A DNA stretch of 42,390 nucleotides from an uncultured Nitriliruptoria bacterium (GTDB lineage Bacteria; Actinomycetota; Nitriliruptoria; Nitriliruptorales; Nitriliruptoraceae). The notes under the pieces were generated by a model. That model saw only the letters and a program-made list of their open reading frames with translations, ran no database searches and was not told the origin of the DNA. The stretch covers positions 1 to 42,390 of the forward strand of contig CBDTYW010000001.1 in assembly GCA_965364735.1 (NCBI GenBank). The letters are read 5' to 3'. The translations under genes were made by a program, and so were the position numbers. The stretch's first letter is position 1. Every line of letters begins with the position of its first letter. Positions 8,895 to 17,516 of this stretch are shown in pieces.

Positions 8895-10592
8895 ATGAGC
8901 CCGACCACCGCAGCGCCCCCCGGGACCTTCGCACCGCTGAGGGTGCAGGCCTACCGCCGGTTGTGGCTCGCGATGATCGTGTCCAACCTGGGCACGTTCC
9001 TCCAGATGGTGGCGGCTCCGTGGTTGATGCTGGAGCTGACCGGATCGCCCTTCATGGTCGGTCTGGTCACCGCGTCGCTCGCGCTCCCGCGGCTGTTCAT
9101 GACCGTTCCTGCGGGGGCGTTGGCGGATGCCCTCGATCGACGCATGCTCCTCACGGTGGGGCAGATGGGCAACGCTGTCAGCGTGACCGTGCTCGGGATC
9201 ATGACGCTCCAAGGGCAGGTCACGCCGACCGTCCTCGTCCTGCTGAGCTTCATGGTCGGGATCGGCACCTCGCTGTCGCTGCCGGCCTTCCAGTCGACCA
9301 TCCACGATCTCGTGCCGCGCGACACCGTCGCCTCGGCGGTCGCGCTCAACTCGGTCGCGTTCAACGTCGCACGCGCCGTCGGCCCCGCGATCGGTGGCGC
9401 GATGGTGGCGGCCGGCCTGATCGGTGAAGCCTTCATCATCAACGGCGTGAGCTACTTCGCGATCATCGCGGTGCTGCTCAGCTTCCCGAAGGACGTCCTC
9501 GACGGAGGTCCCCGCGAGCCGGTCTTCCGCGCCGTGCTCACCGGGATCCGCTACGTCCGCTACACCCCGTCGCTGCGCCTGCTGCTGTTCGTCGTCGCCG
9601 GGTTCAGCCTCACGGCTGCATCCGTGCAGACGTTGCTGCCGAGCGTGACCCGCGATGACCTCGGGCTGGGCGCCAGCGCCTACGGGATCCTGCTCGGGAC
9701 GTTCGGAGCGGGCGCGCTGCTGAGCGGGCTGACGCAGTCCAAGCTGCGCGCGCGTGTGCCCGGCGCCGTCGTCCTGCCGGTCTCGATCACGATGTTCGGG
9801 GCGACTGCGGCGGCGTTCGGCCTCTCCCGTCAGCCCGTCCTGTCCGGCCTGCTGCTGGCGGTCGCCGGGTTCTCCTGGGTCTGGGCGGCGACGACGTTCA
9901 ACGTCACCGCCCAGATGCTGGCTCCGAAGTGGGCGCGGGGGCGGGTCATCAGCCTCTACCAGCTCGCCTTCATGGGGATCATGCCGATCGGGTCGCTGAC
10001 CTCCGGCGTGCTCGCGGAGCAGGTGGGCGCTGGCACGGCGGTCACGATGCTGACCGCAGGCACCCTCGTGCTCGGGCTCGCGTCCAGCCGGCTGCCCTTG
10101 CCGGTCCTGGACGAGATCGAGGAGCCCCACGTCCCGGTCGACTGGAGCGTCCCGCAGCACGCAGCGCGCGTGTCCGGCTCGCCGGTGCTGGTGCTCACGA
10201 CCTTCGAGCTCGCGGCCCAGGACGTCCCGGCATTCCTCGTCGCTGCGACCGCGCTGCGACGTCAGCGCTACCGGACCGGCGCCATGCGGTGGCAGCTCTA
10301 CCGCAACGTCGAGCACCCCACGCGGATCACCGAGATGTTCGAGGTGCGTGACTGGGCCGACCACCTCCGCCAGCACGAACGCATCGACGACGAGGTCGCC
10401 GCTGCGATCCGCGCTGTCCGCGCGTTCGACCTCAACGGCACGGCGATCACCCGGCACCTCGCGGGCATCGACCTCCTCGATCCAGCCGGCCTGCCCACCT
10501 TCGACGATCTCGTCGCGGTGCACGATGAGCTCCACAGCCACGACGGTTCGGTCCCGCTGCGGGACGGGAGCGACGACGAGCGCGTGGGGTGA
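8895..10592 (+). CDS. MFS transporter (MFS_3 / EntS-like) with ~160-aa C-terminal soluble extension
   Basis: ATG 8895 opens with FAPLRVQAYRRLWLAMIVSNLGTFLQ, typical of the MFS_3 family, followed by about 12 hydrophobic segments. The non-membrane tail begins around nt 10110. Confidence 0.8.
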   Translation: MSPTTAAPPGTFAPLRVQAYRRLWLAMIVSNLGTFLQMVAAPWLMLELTGSPFMVGLVTASLALPRLFMTVPAGALADALDRRMLLTVGQMGNAVSVTVLGIMTLQGQVTPTVLVLLSFMVGIGTSLSLPAFQSTIHDLVPRDTVASAVALNSVAFNVARAVGPAIGGAMVAAGLIGEAFIINGVSYFAIIAVLLSFPKDVLDGGPREPVFRAVLTGIRYVRYTPSLRLLLFVVAGFSLTAASVQTLLPSVTRDDLGLGASAYGILLGTFGAGALLSGLTQSKLRARVPGAVVLPVSITMFGATAAAFGLSRQPVLSGLLLAVAGFSWVWAATTFNVTAQMLAPKWARGRVISLYQLAFMGIMPIGSLTSGVLAEQVGAGTAVTMLTAGTLVLGLASSRLPLPVLDEIEEPHVPVDWSVPQHAARVSGSPVLVLTTFELAAQDVPAFLVAATALRRQRYRTGAMRWQLYRNVEHPTRITEMFEVRDWADHLRQHERIDDEVAAAIRAVRAFDLNGTAITRHLAGIDLLDPAGLPTFDDLVAVHDELHSHDGSVPLRDGSDDERVG

Positions 10593-10688
10593 CGTGGTGG
10601 TGGGTTGGCGACGGTGACCTGCACGGAATATTGTCCGTACAAATGGTGCTGGGTCGACGAGACCCTCAGACGTCGAAGGACCATCCCC

Positions 10689-11150
10689 ATGACCCGCTCC
10701 CTCCCCACGTTGAGTCGCCCCGCCGTGGCGCTCGTCCTGGCCCTGACCGTCGTGCTCGCTGCGTGTGGATCGGCTGGGCTGGACGTCGCCGGGCAAGGCT
10801 CGGCTGGACAGGCCGAGGCCGGGGAGCCCGGTGTGCGTGTCGTCGCGTCGAACGTGGCACAGGGACTTCTGGCCGAGGAGCCCGCGCCGACGCTCATCGA
10901 CGTGCGGACGCCGGCCGAGTTCGCGGAAAGCCACCTCGCTGGTGCGAGCCTCGTCGACTTCAACGCTGCCGACTTCCGTGAGCGGATCGCCACCTACCCG
11001 CGCGATGCGAGCTACGTCATCTACTGCCGCTCGGGCAACCGCTCCGAAGGGGCGCGTCGGGTGATGACCGATCTCGGGTTCACCGACGTCGCGGACATCG
11101 AGGGCGGGATCCTCGCCTGGACCCAGGCCGGTCTGCCGACCACGCCGTGA
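10689..11150 (+). CDS. Rhodanese-domain lipoprotein (sulfurtransferase-like)
   Basis: ATG 10689. It has lipobox VLAAC and the active-site loop YCRSGNRS, with LIDVRTPAEFAESHLAGA and GGILAW flanks. Confidence 0.85.
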   Translation: MTRSLPTLSRPAVALVLALTVVLAACGSAGLDVAGQGSAGQAEAGEPGVRVVASNVAQGLLAEEPAPTLIDVRTPAEFAESHLAGASLVDFNAADFRERIATYPRDASYVIYCRSGNRSEGARRVMTDLGFTDVADIEGGILAWTQAGLPTTP

Positions 11151-11178
11151 ATCAGTCGCTGAACACCGGGAGTCGAAC

Positions 11179-11814
11179 ATGAACCGCGCAGGCTGGGACG
11201 AGCGGTACGCGACCTCTGAGCTGGTCTGGTCCCGCGGGCCGAACCAGTTCCTCGTCGAGCAGGTCGCTGACCTGCCCGCGGGGCGTGCGCTGGATCTCGC
11301 CTGTGGCGAAGGACGCAACGCGATCTGGTTGGCGACGTCGGGATGGGACGCGACCGGCGTCGACTTCTCGCCGGTGGGCATCGAGAAGGCCAGGACGCTT
11401 GCGTCGGGCACGGACACGACCGCGGCGGTGCGTGAGGCCGCCGGTTCGCTGACCTTCGAGGTCGGTGACGCGACGACGTGGACAGGCGACGGCGAGGGGT
11501 TCGACCTGGTGATCGTCTTCTACCTCCACCTGGTTCCGGGCCAGCGTCGAGCCGCACATCGACGGGCGGCCGACGCGGTTCGGCCGGGCGGGACCCTGCT
11601 GGTCGTCGGACACGACCTGGACAACCTCGAGCGCGGTGTCGGCGGCCCCCAGGACCCGACCATCCTGCTGACGGCGGACGACGTCGTCGCGGACGTCGAC
11701 GGGCTGGGCCTTGAGGTCGAGCAGGCCGGGCAGGTGTTCCGCGAGGTCGACGTCGACGGCTCGACGCGCACGGCCGTTGACTGCCTCGTCCGGGCGGTGA
11801 AGCCACCGCGGTGA
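11179..11814 (+). CDS. Class I SAM-dependent methyltransferase (TehB-like)
   Basis: Motif I is ALDLACGEGRNAIWLA, and an acidic residue follows beta2 (GVDFS). Confidence 0.8.
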   Translation: MNRAGWDERYATSELVWSRGPNQFLVEQVADLPAGRALDLACGEGRNAIWLATSGWDATGVDFSPVGIEKARTLASGTDTTAAVREAAGSLTFEVGDATTWTGDGEGFDLVIVFYLHLVPGQRRAAHRRAADAVRPGGTLLVVGHDLDNLERGVGGPQDPTILLTADDVVADVDGLGLEVEQAGQVFREVDVDGSTRTAVDCLVRAVKPPR

Positions 11815-11826
11815 TCGGCTGACGTC

Positions 11827-13842
11827 CTACGTCTCGCGTGATCGCCGGGCCATGCGCCCGGCCGCGATCGTGAGCGCCAGCCCGAGGGCCGCGAAGCCCC
11901 CACCGGTCGCCGGCAGCGGGCCCGGTGCGTCGGGCTCCGGTTCGGGGGTCGGCGCGGAGACGACCACGTCGCCGGGGACGGTCAGCGACAGGTAGGAGGC
12001 GTTCGCGAGGTCCTGGAAGACGGTGTTGCGCGCCGGCACCAGCAAGGGCAGGTGCTCGGGCGTGTCCGCGGAGTACAGCGCGATGCGCAGACGGTTCCCG
12101 GCCCGGAACCGCTTGGCGGTGGGCCACACCTCGACCTCGTAGGAGAGCGTCTCGCCGGGCGTGGGAGGGGCCACGGTGTCCTCCGTGTGGAACGGGAACG
12201 GGTCCATGACGCCGAGCGGCGTCAGCACCGACCGCGAGGGGTCGAGGTCGCGTTGTGATGCGCGGAGGAACCCCGGGGTGATCAACGTGGAGGTCCCGTC
12301 GGGGGAGACCTCGGCCACCTTCACGATCCAGTCCGTGTCGTGGAACGGCGGGCTGAACTGGCCGATCCCGGGCAGGCCGATCACGCCACCGACGGCTCCG
12401 AGCGGCAGCGCAGGTCGCGCTCCGAGCGGCTCGGTCGCCGCTTCGAGATGCAGGGTGATCGGGCCCGCGACGACCAAGTCCTCGGTGAGCGGCTCGGTCG
12501 ACCAGACCAGCCCGCGCCACTCGTCGAGCTGCTGGTCCTGGTCGTTCTGGGGAACCGCAGGGACGGCGTTGTCCCACCGTGAGGGGAACTCGCCGGCGTT
12601 GGCGTGGGTCACATAGTCATACGTGGCGGAGGCCTCGTCGACGTCGGGGGCGTCCGTCGACAGCAGCTCACCATCGCGCAGGTAGAGGCGCACCTGATCG
12701 GACCCCGTCGGTGGCCAGTCGTCGGACAGGCGCCACTCGCCCGCGTCAGGCGCCAGACGGGTCTCGTCCATGACGAAGTACCGCGCCCGAGGTCCGTCCA
12801 TGAACGCCGGCCTCGGCCCGTCATCGAGCCAGTACCGGTACCAGTCCAGCAGGTCGCGGCCGCTCTGCTCGTAGGAGACCGCATGCGTCTCGGCGTGGTT
12901 CCAGGGGCCGACGATCATGTGGTTCGGCCCGCCGATCGTGCCCCGCCGCTCCAGCGCGAGGGCCTCTTGGAACCCGAGCACCTGGCCGCGGGTGAAGGCG
13001 TCGTACCAACCCGCGATGTGGAGGGTCGGGACCTGCAGCCGCTCCATCTGCCACCAGAGCGACGATTGCCGGTAGACCTCGCCGTCGTACGGCTCGTTGA
13101 AGTACTGCAGGTAGAGCCGATCGCTCTGGGCGTGGTCGAACATGACCTGCGCGGCGGTCTCGGGGGAGGGGCCCGTGGTGACGTCGGGACCCGACGCGTT
13201 CAGGCTCTCCGCTGCCGAGGACCACAACGCGACGAAGCTGCCGTTGAGGATTCCGCCATGGTGGACGATGTCGCGGTACAGGTCGGTGTAGGCGCGCTGG
13301 GGTGCGATGGCCTCGAGGTGTGGCGGCTGCTGGGCGGCGATGAGGTACTGGATGATCCCCGAGTAGGAGCCGCCGAAGAGCCCGACCTTGCCGTTGCACC
13401 ACGGGTACTCGAGGGCAGCCCATTCGACGATCGCGGCACCGTCACGTTGTTCCTGCGGCGAGAACACGTAGTCGTAGGTTCCCTCGCTGCCGCCGGTGCC
13501 GCGCGCGTCGACCTCGATCAGCACGAACCCTCTCGGCGCGAAGAAGTCGGCGCCCTCGGCTGCCCGCCCCTCCTTGTGGTACGGCGTCATCTCGACCAGA
13601 CACGGGAATGTGGCGCCGTCGGGCGCATCGGGGCGGTGAGCGTCCAGAGCCAGCCGGACGCCGTCCTCCATCTCCACGTAGTGGTTGCGCTCGATGACCA
13701 CCTCGTAGGTCGGCTCGATCGTTGAGCCGCCACTGGCCTGGGCATGCGCCGAGGGCGGGGCGACGGCAACGCTGCCGACGGCCACGGTGAGGGAGGCCAC
13801 GCTCAGGGCGATGCGCGCGCTCACGCCCGTTCCCGCTGTCAC
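11827..13842 (-). CDS. CocE/NonD-family (S15 X-Pro dipeptidyl-peptidase-like) hydrolase with signal peptide and LPXTG cell-wall sorting signal
   Basis: GTG 13842 has AGGTGAGG 7 nt upstream. The nucleophile elbow is LFGGSYSG. The C-terminus (PEPEPDAPGPLPATGGGFAALGLALTIAAGRMARRSRET) is LPXTG plus a hydrophobic segment plus a basic tail. Confidence 0.85.
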   Translation of the reverse strand: MTAGTGVSARIALSVASLTVAVGSVAVAPPSAHAQASGGSTIEPTYEVVIERNHYVEMEDGVRLALDAHRPDAPDGATFPCLVEMTPYHKEGRAAEGADFFAPRGFVLIEVDARGTGGSEGTYDYVFSPQEQRDGAAIVEWAALEYPWCNGKVGLFGGSYSGIIQYLIAAQQPPHLEAIAPQRAYTDLYRDIVHHGGILNGSFVALWSSAAESLNASGPDVTTGPSPETAAQVMFDHAQSDRLYLQYFNEPYDGEVYRQSSLWWQMERLQVPTLHIAGWYDAFTRGQVLGFQEALALERRGTIGGPNHMIVGPWNHAETHAVSYEQSGRDLLDWYRYWLDDGPRPAFMDGPRARYFVMDETRLAPDAGEWRLSDDWPPTGSDQVRLYLRDGELLSTDAPDVDEASATYDYVTHANAGEFPSRWDNAVPAVPQNDQDQQLDEWRGLVWSTEPLTEDLVVAGPITLHLEAATEPLGARPALPLGAVGGVIGLPGIGQFSPPFHDTDWIVKVAEVSPDGTSTLITPGFLRASQRDLDPSRSVLTPLGVMDPFPFHTEDTVAPPTPGETLSYEVEVWPTAKRFRAGNRLRIALYSADTPEHLPLLVPARNTVFQDLANASYLSLTVPGDVVVSAPTPEPEPDAPGPLPATGGGFAALGLALTIAAGRMARRSRET

Positions 13843-13861
13843 CTTCGTGCCTCACCTCGTT

Positions 13862-13893
13862 GGTCTGTGCAGCCTAGTGATGCTGCACAGACC
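13862..13893. promoter_or_regulatory. Perfect 12-bp inverted repeat (GGTCTGTGCAGC-N8-GCTGCACAGACC) in the divergent intergenic region
   Basis: Read directly. The arms are 13862-13873 and 13882-13893 with spacer CTAGTGAT. It lies 20-51 nt upstream of the minus-strand GTG and 86-117 nt upstream of the plus-strand ATG. Confidence 0.6.
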
Positions 13894-13978
13894 TCAGAGA
13901 TCGGGTCATCCATGCAGACAGGGCCGACATCTCCGTCGGCGTCGCTACGGTCCAGCCAACACGACGACGGGTTGGTCG

Positions 13979-15478
13979 ATGCGGGTTCGGGTCTTGCTTG
14001 GCGTCGTGACGGCCCTGTTCGCCGTCTCGACCTCGTCAGCCTTCGCGATCCCTGAGGGCCCCGACGACGGAACCCCGGAGTGGGGCGCGCGGGAGGCGGG
14101 GAACTTCGCGCGGACCCGTGACGAGGCGAACCGCGAGCTCTCCTCCCCGGCCTTCCAGCAGCGCCTTTCCGAGCAGGCAGCGCTCAACGCTGCGGCCTAC
14201 GTGGAGTTCCAGGCCGCGAACGGGTTCCTCAACGCGGGCAACCTCTGCAACCACTGGATGCTCACCTGCGGAGGCGACCCCTTCCGCTACCCGGGCGTCG
14301 ACCCGTTCTACGACGACGTCGGCTCGTTCACGGAGGTCCTGTTCCACGACCGCGACTGTGCTCGGCTCTCGGGAAGGATCTGGACGCCGCTCGGGGCGCA
14401 GGCAGGCGATGGTCTCCCCGGCGTCGTGATCACGACGGGATCCGTCCAGGCCCCGGAGCCGCTGTACTGGTGGGCGGCCCAGCCGCTCGTCGAAGCGGGC
14501 TACACGGTGATGACGTGGGATGTCCGTGGGCAGGGACGTTCTGACACCCAGACGCCGACGGGCCAGCAGGGCAGCAACGCGAACTCGACCGTGTTCTGGG
14601 ACGGGACCGTTGACGCGATCGACTTCTTCCGCTCCACGCCCGAGCAGCCCTACCCCCACAACGTGACCTGCGCCGCCAGCGTGAACCCGCTGTACGGGCT
14701 CACGAACGCGTCGGCCAACAACCCGCACTTCGACGTCCTCGACCACGATCGGCTCGGACTTGCCGGGCACTCCCTCGGCGCCACCGGCGTGAGCCGGGTC
14801 CAGGCGATGGACCCGTGGGAAGGCCAGATCGACACGGAGAACCCGGTCGACGTGATCGTGGCGTGGGACTCGCTGTCGTCCGCGGCACCGATCGTTCCGC
14901 GGGTGCCCGCGATGGGGCAGTCGAGCGAGTACGGGCTGGTGAACGTCCCGTTCTTCAGCTCGCCGGACCCGGAGTCGGACAAGGGCGCGTTCGCCGCGTG
15001 GGTCGAGGCCGATCTCCCGGTCGTGCAGTTCACGATCCAGGGCTCGACGCACTACGAGTGGTCCCAGATCCCGACCACGCCGGTCGTGAACTTCTCCTCC
15101 ACCGACTGGACGAGCTGGGGCACGCCGATGGCCGCGCACTACACCGTCGCCTGGATGGACCGCTGGCTCAAGGAGTCGGACGAGCCCGGCTACGACACCG
15201 CTGACGCGCGGCTGCTCGAGGACCTCACCTACTGCGAGCGGTTCAGCTTCTACATGCGCTCGGCCCGCAGCTTCCCGTCGCGCGATGGCAGCCCGCTCGT
15301 CAATGACGACATCCGCGCGTCGTGCCTTGCAGGCGAGGTCACGCAGCTGCCGGCACCCGAGCCGGAGCCCGCTCCCGAGCCGGCGCCTGATCCGGCCCCG
15401 CTCCCCACGACCGGCGGCGGGCTGGCCCTCGCCGGCCTCGCCGCGCTGCTCTCGTCGTGGATGATCCGCCGTCGCTGA
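13979..15478 (+). CDS. Alpha/beta-fold hydrolase (esterase/lipase-like) with signal peptide and LPXTG sorting signal
   Basis: ATG 13979 (MRVRVLLGVVTALFAVSTSSAFA) opens a signal peptide. The nucleophile elbow is LAGHSLGA. The C-terminus (PEPEPAPEPAPDPAPLPTTGGGLALAGLAALLSSWMIRRR) is a sorting signal. Confidence 0.75.
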   Translation: MRVRVLLGVVTALFAVSTSSAFAIPEGPDDGTPEWGAREAGNFARTRDEANRELSSPAFQQRLSEQAALNAAAYVEFQAANGFLNAGNLCNHWMLTCGGDPFRYPGVDPFYDDVGSFTEVLFHDRDCARLSGRIWTPLGAQAGDGLPGVVITTGSVQAPEPLYWWAAQPLVEAGYTVMTWDVRGQGRSDTQTPTGQQGSNANSTVFWDGTVDAIDFFRSTPEQPYPHNVTCAASVNPLYGLTNASANNPHFDVLDHDRLGLAGHSLGATGVSRVQAMDPWEGQIDTENPVDVIVAWDSLSSAAPIVPRVPAMGQSSEYGLVNVPFFSSPDPESDKGAFAAWVEADLPVVQFTIQGSTHYEWSQIPTTPVVNFSSTDWTSWGTPMAAHYTVAWMDRWLKESDEPGYDTADARLLEDLTYCERFSFYMRSARSFPSRDGSPLVNDDIRASCLAGEVTQLPAPEPEPAPEPAPDPAPLPTTGGGLALAGLAALLSSWMIRRR

Positions 15479-15562
15479 CGAAGGTCCGTCGTCAGGTCGC
15501 TGATCGGGACGTACCGTGGTCTGGTGACCGCGCGGGTGTCGCGGCCGAACGAGGAGTGCAGC

Positions 15563-16033
15563 ATGGTCGAGCCTGGTTCCGCCGACGACGCCACGTGGCC
15601 CACGGACGACGTCGTCCCGCCGTCCCCACCGCCTCCGTCGCCGGTGGGCATGCCCACACCGCCCGCGCCGCGACCGCCGTCGGGACATCCGGTGGCGAAC
15701 GCGCAGGACGTGCGGAACTGGTCGATGGGGGCGCATGCCTCGGCGTTCGTGGCGGCGTTCTTCGCGCTCGCGTTCCTCGGGCCGCTCGTCGTGTGGATGG
15801 TGCGGCGCGAGGTCGACCCGGTCTCGGCGGAGCACGCCAAGGAGGCGCTGAACTTCAACCTGTCCGTCCTGCTGTACGGCGTGATCAGCTTCGTCCTCGT
15901 GTTCGTCCTCATCGGCCTCCCGATGCTCGCCGCCGTCGGGATCCTCTGGATCGTCGCGACGGTCCGCGGGATCATCGCCGCCGGCAACGGACAGGCCTAC
16001 CGGTACCCCGTCACGATCAGGTTCATCAGCTGA
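15563..16033 (+). CDS. DUF4870-like small membrane protein with Pro-rich N-terminus
   Basis: ATG 15563 has GAGGAG 6 nt upstream. The core EHAKEALNFNLSVLLYGVISFVL...GNGQAYRYPVTIRFI resembles DUF4870. Confidence 0.6.
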   Translation: MVEPGSADDATWPTDDVVPPSPPPPSPVGMPTPPAPRPPSGHPVANAQDVRNWSMGAHASAFVAAFFALAFLGPLVVWMVRREVDPVSAEHAKEALNFNLSVLLYGVISFVLVFVLIGLPMLAAVGILWIVATVRGIIAAGNGQAYRYPVTIRFIS

Positions 16034-16056
16034 TCTGGGCCGTCCCGGAAAGCGTG

Positions 16057-16090
16057 AGACGCCGCCGCACCGGGAGGCGCGGCGGCGTCT
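16057..16090. terminator. Bidirectional GC-rich hairpin between convergent genes
   Basis: AGACGCCGCCGC (16057-16068) pairs with GCGGCGGCGTCT (16079-16090) around a 10-nt loop. There is no U-tract, which is common in high-GC genomes. Confidence 0.6.
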
Positions 16091-16101
16091 GAGCGTGAGC
16101 C

Positions 16102-16611
16102 TCAGATGAAGATGATCTGGGCGCCCTCGCTGAGCTCGATGAAGTCGGTGGCGCTGATGATGCCCTCGACGTTCTCGTAGAGGTCTTCCTCCTCGACGTG
16201 CATCATGTCGGCCGACATGCGGCAGGCCCACAGATGACCGCCCGCGTCGGAGATGAGCTCCATGAACTCGGGGACGTCGGGGACGTCGATGCCCTCGATC
16301 TGCTTCTTCATCATGTGCGTCGCGAAGGACTGCATGCCGGGGAGTCCCATGAGGGCGGTCGGCATGTGCGTTGCGGGGTTGCCGACGGGGTTGAACTTCA
16401 GCGTCCCCATCGTCTTCTTGTTGATGATGTCGAAGCCCCAGAACGTGAAGAACATGTGGGTCTCGATGCCCTCACCGAGGGCCGCGTTCGCCAGGACCAG
16501 CCCCGGGTACGCCATGTCGAGCGAGCCCTTCGAGCAGATGATGGCGAGCTTGCGCCCCTCGGACGCTGCGCTGTCGAAGCTGGGGATGGGTGCCGCTTGG
16601 GTGGTGCTCAT
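16102..16611 (-). CDS. DsrE/DsrF/DrsH-like (DrsE_2) sulfur-carrier family protein
   Basis: KLAIICSKGSLDMAYPGLVLANAA...HMFFTFWGFDI...GGHLWACRMSADMM...AQIIFI matches the DrsE_2 pattern, including the conserved Cys. Confidence 0.85.
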   Translation of the reverse strand: MSTTQAAPIPSFDSAASEGRKLAIICSKGSLDMAYPGLVLANAALGEGIETHMFFTFWGFDIINKKTMGTLKFNPVGNPATHMPTALMGLPGMQSFATHMMKKQIEGIDVPDVPEFMELISDAGGHLWACRMSADMMHVEEEDLYENVEGIISATDFIELSEGAQIIFI

Positions 16612-16647
16612 GGTTGTGACCTCCTGGGTCGTGTCAGGTGTGGGTGG

Positions 16648-16962
16648 TCAGACGCACCCGACGGGCTTGGGCAGCCCGGCGATGTAGGACATCTTCTTGG
16701 CAGGCTTGCCGGGGAAGAGGCGGAACAAGTTCTTGGTCGGGATGCCGCCGACCTTGGTCACGCGGCGGAGGGTCGCGGTGGTCTGCTGCTCGACGTAGTC
16801 CTCGCGGAGGAACCGGATCGGGACCCAGTGCTCCTCGCTCAGCTCAACGCCGATGTTGGCCGCGAGCACCTTCGCGAGATCCTCGTCCCACTCTCCGTAC
16901 TCGGTGAGGAAGCCTTCGGCGTCGACGTGGATATCTCGACCGTTCATGGTTGCGAGCGTCAT
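16648..16962 (-). CDS. TusE/DsrC-family sulfur relay protein (single C-terminal Cys type)
   Basis: It has EEHWVPIRFLREDY and the C-terminal IAGLPKPVGCV arm. The position 11 residues before the Cys is Ser, where true DsrC carries a second Cys. Confidence 0.85.
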   Translation of the reverse strand: MTLATMNGRDIHVDAEGFLTEYGEWDEDLAKVLAANIGVELSEEHWVPIRFLREDYVEQQTTATLRRVTKVGGIPTKNLFRLFPGKPAKKMSYIAGLPKPVGCV

Positions 16963-17516
16963 TTCGTCGCCCCCTTCTGTGGTTCGTTGGTGGCCGCTGC
17001 GGGCGGATCGCCCATCGAGCGGAGGATGTTGATCATCTGGTCGAGCCCGTTGCGGACGCTGGGCTCTCGCAGCTCTCGCAGGATCCCCATCATCGACGGG
17101 GGCGGGGTCTGGTTCGTCGGCTGCTCGCCGACGACATGGGCCGTGCGGCGGACCATCGCCATCACCTCGGGCTGGGTCATCTCGCGCAGAGCCTCGAGGA
17201 TGAGCACCACGTTGTCGCCGAGGGCGCGAACGTCCTGGGGACTGAAGTTGGCGACGACGCGTCCGATGATCCCGGCGGCCTCGCGACCGAAGTCCGCGTA
17301 GCCCTGCTGGTCGAGCTGGCCTGCCTTGGCGACGACCGACTCGAAGGCGCTGCGCAGGATCGGCTGGAGATCCGACGAGACGTCGTCGAGCATCGAACGG
17401 CGCTCCCTGCTGGTCGACAGCAGCTCGTCGAGCATGCCCTCGATGCGGTCCATGCGTGCGTCGAGATCGCTCGTCGTCGAGACGCGGTCTTCGGTGGTGA
17501 TGTCGATCGCGGTCAT
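16959..17516 (-). CDS. DUF1641 domain protein
   Basis: 185-aa helical protein (DRIEGMLDELL...ILEALREMTQPEVMAMV...GILRELREPSVRNGL). It has 4-nt overlaps with both neighbouring genes. Confidence 0.7.
   Translation of the reverse strand: MTAIDITTEDRVSTTSDLDARMDRIEGMLDELLSTSRERRSMLDDVSSDLQPILRSAFESVVAKAGQLDQQGYADFGREAAGIIGRVVANFSPQDVRALGDNVVLILEALREMTQPEVMAMVRRTAHVVGEQPTNQTPPPSMMGILRELREPSVRNGLDQMINILRSMGDPPAAATNEPQKGATK

Noticed and set aside
8715-11417. N-terminal 900 residues of the 1539-aa minus-strand ORF (6798..11417)
   Set aside because: This part is Arg/Gly/Asp/Glu/His-rich low-complexity sequence lying antisense to the well-supported MFS, rhodanese and methyltransferase genes. The real protein starts at ATG 8714, which has an SD site and a signal peptide.
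11021-12577. 518-aa minus-strand ORF and similar Arg/Pro-rich frames (e.g. 7287..8699 +, 17558..18967 +, 19053..20204 +, 38066..39229 -, 41083..42222 -)
   Set aside because: All overlap motif-supported genes in other frames or on the other strand, and all show shadow-ORF composition.
15340-15420. PEPEP-encoding repeats in both LPXTG genes (also about 11890-11960) as a DNA repeat element
   Set aside because: These are better explained as Pro/Glu-rich wall-spanning linker coding sequence. The similarity follows from amino-acid composition.
14036-16231. 731-aa minus-strand ORF
   Set aside because: It lies antisense to the LPXTG alpha/beta hydrolase and DUF4870 genes and runs into the DsrE gene. 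Its composition is low-complexity Arg/Gly/Asp.
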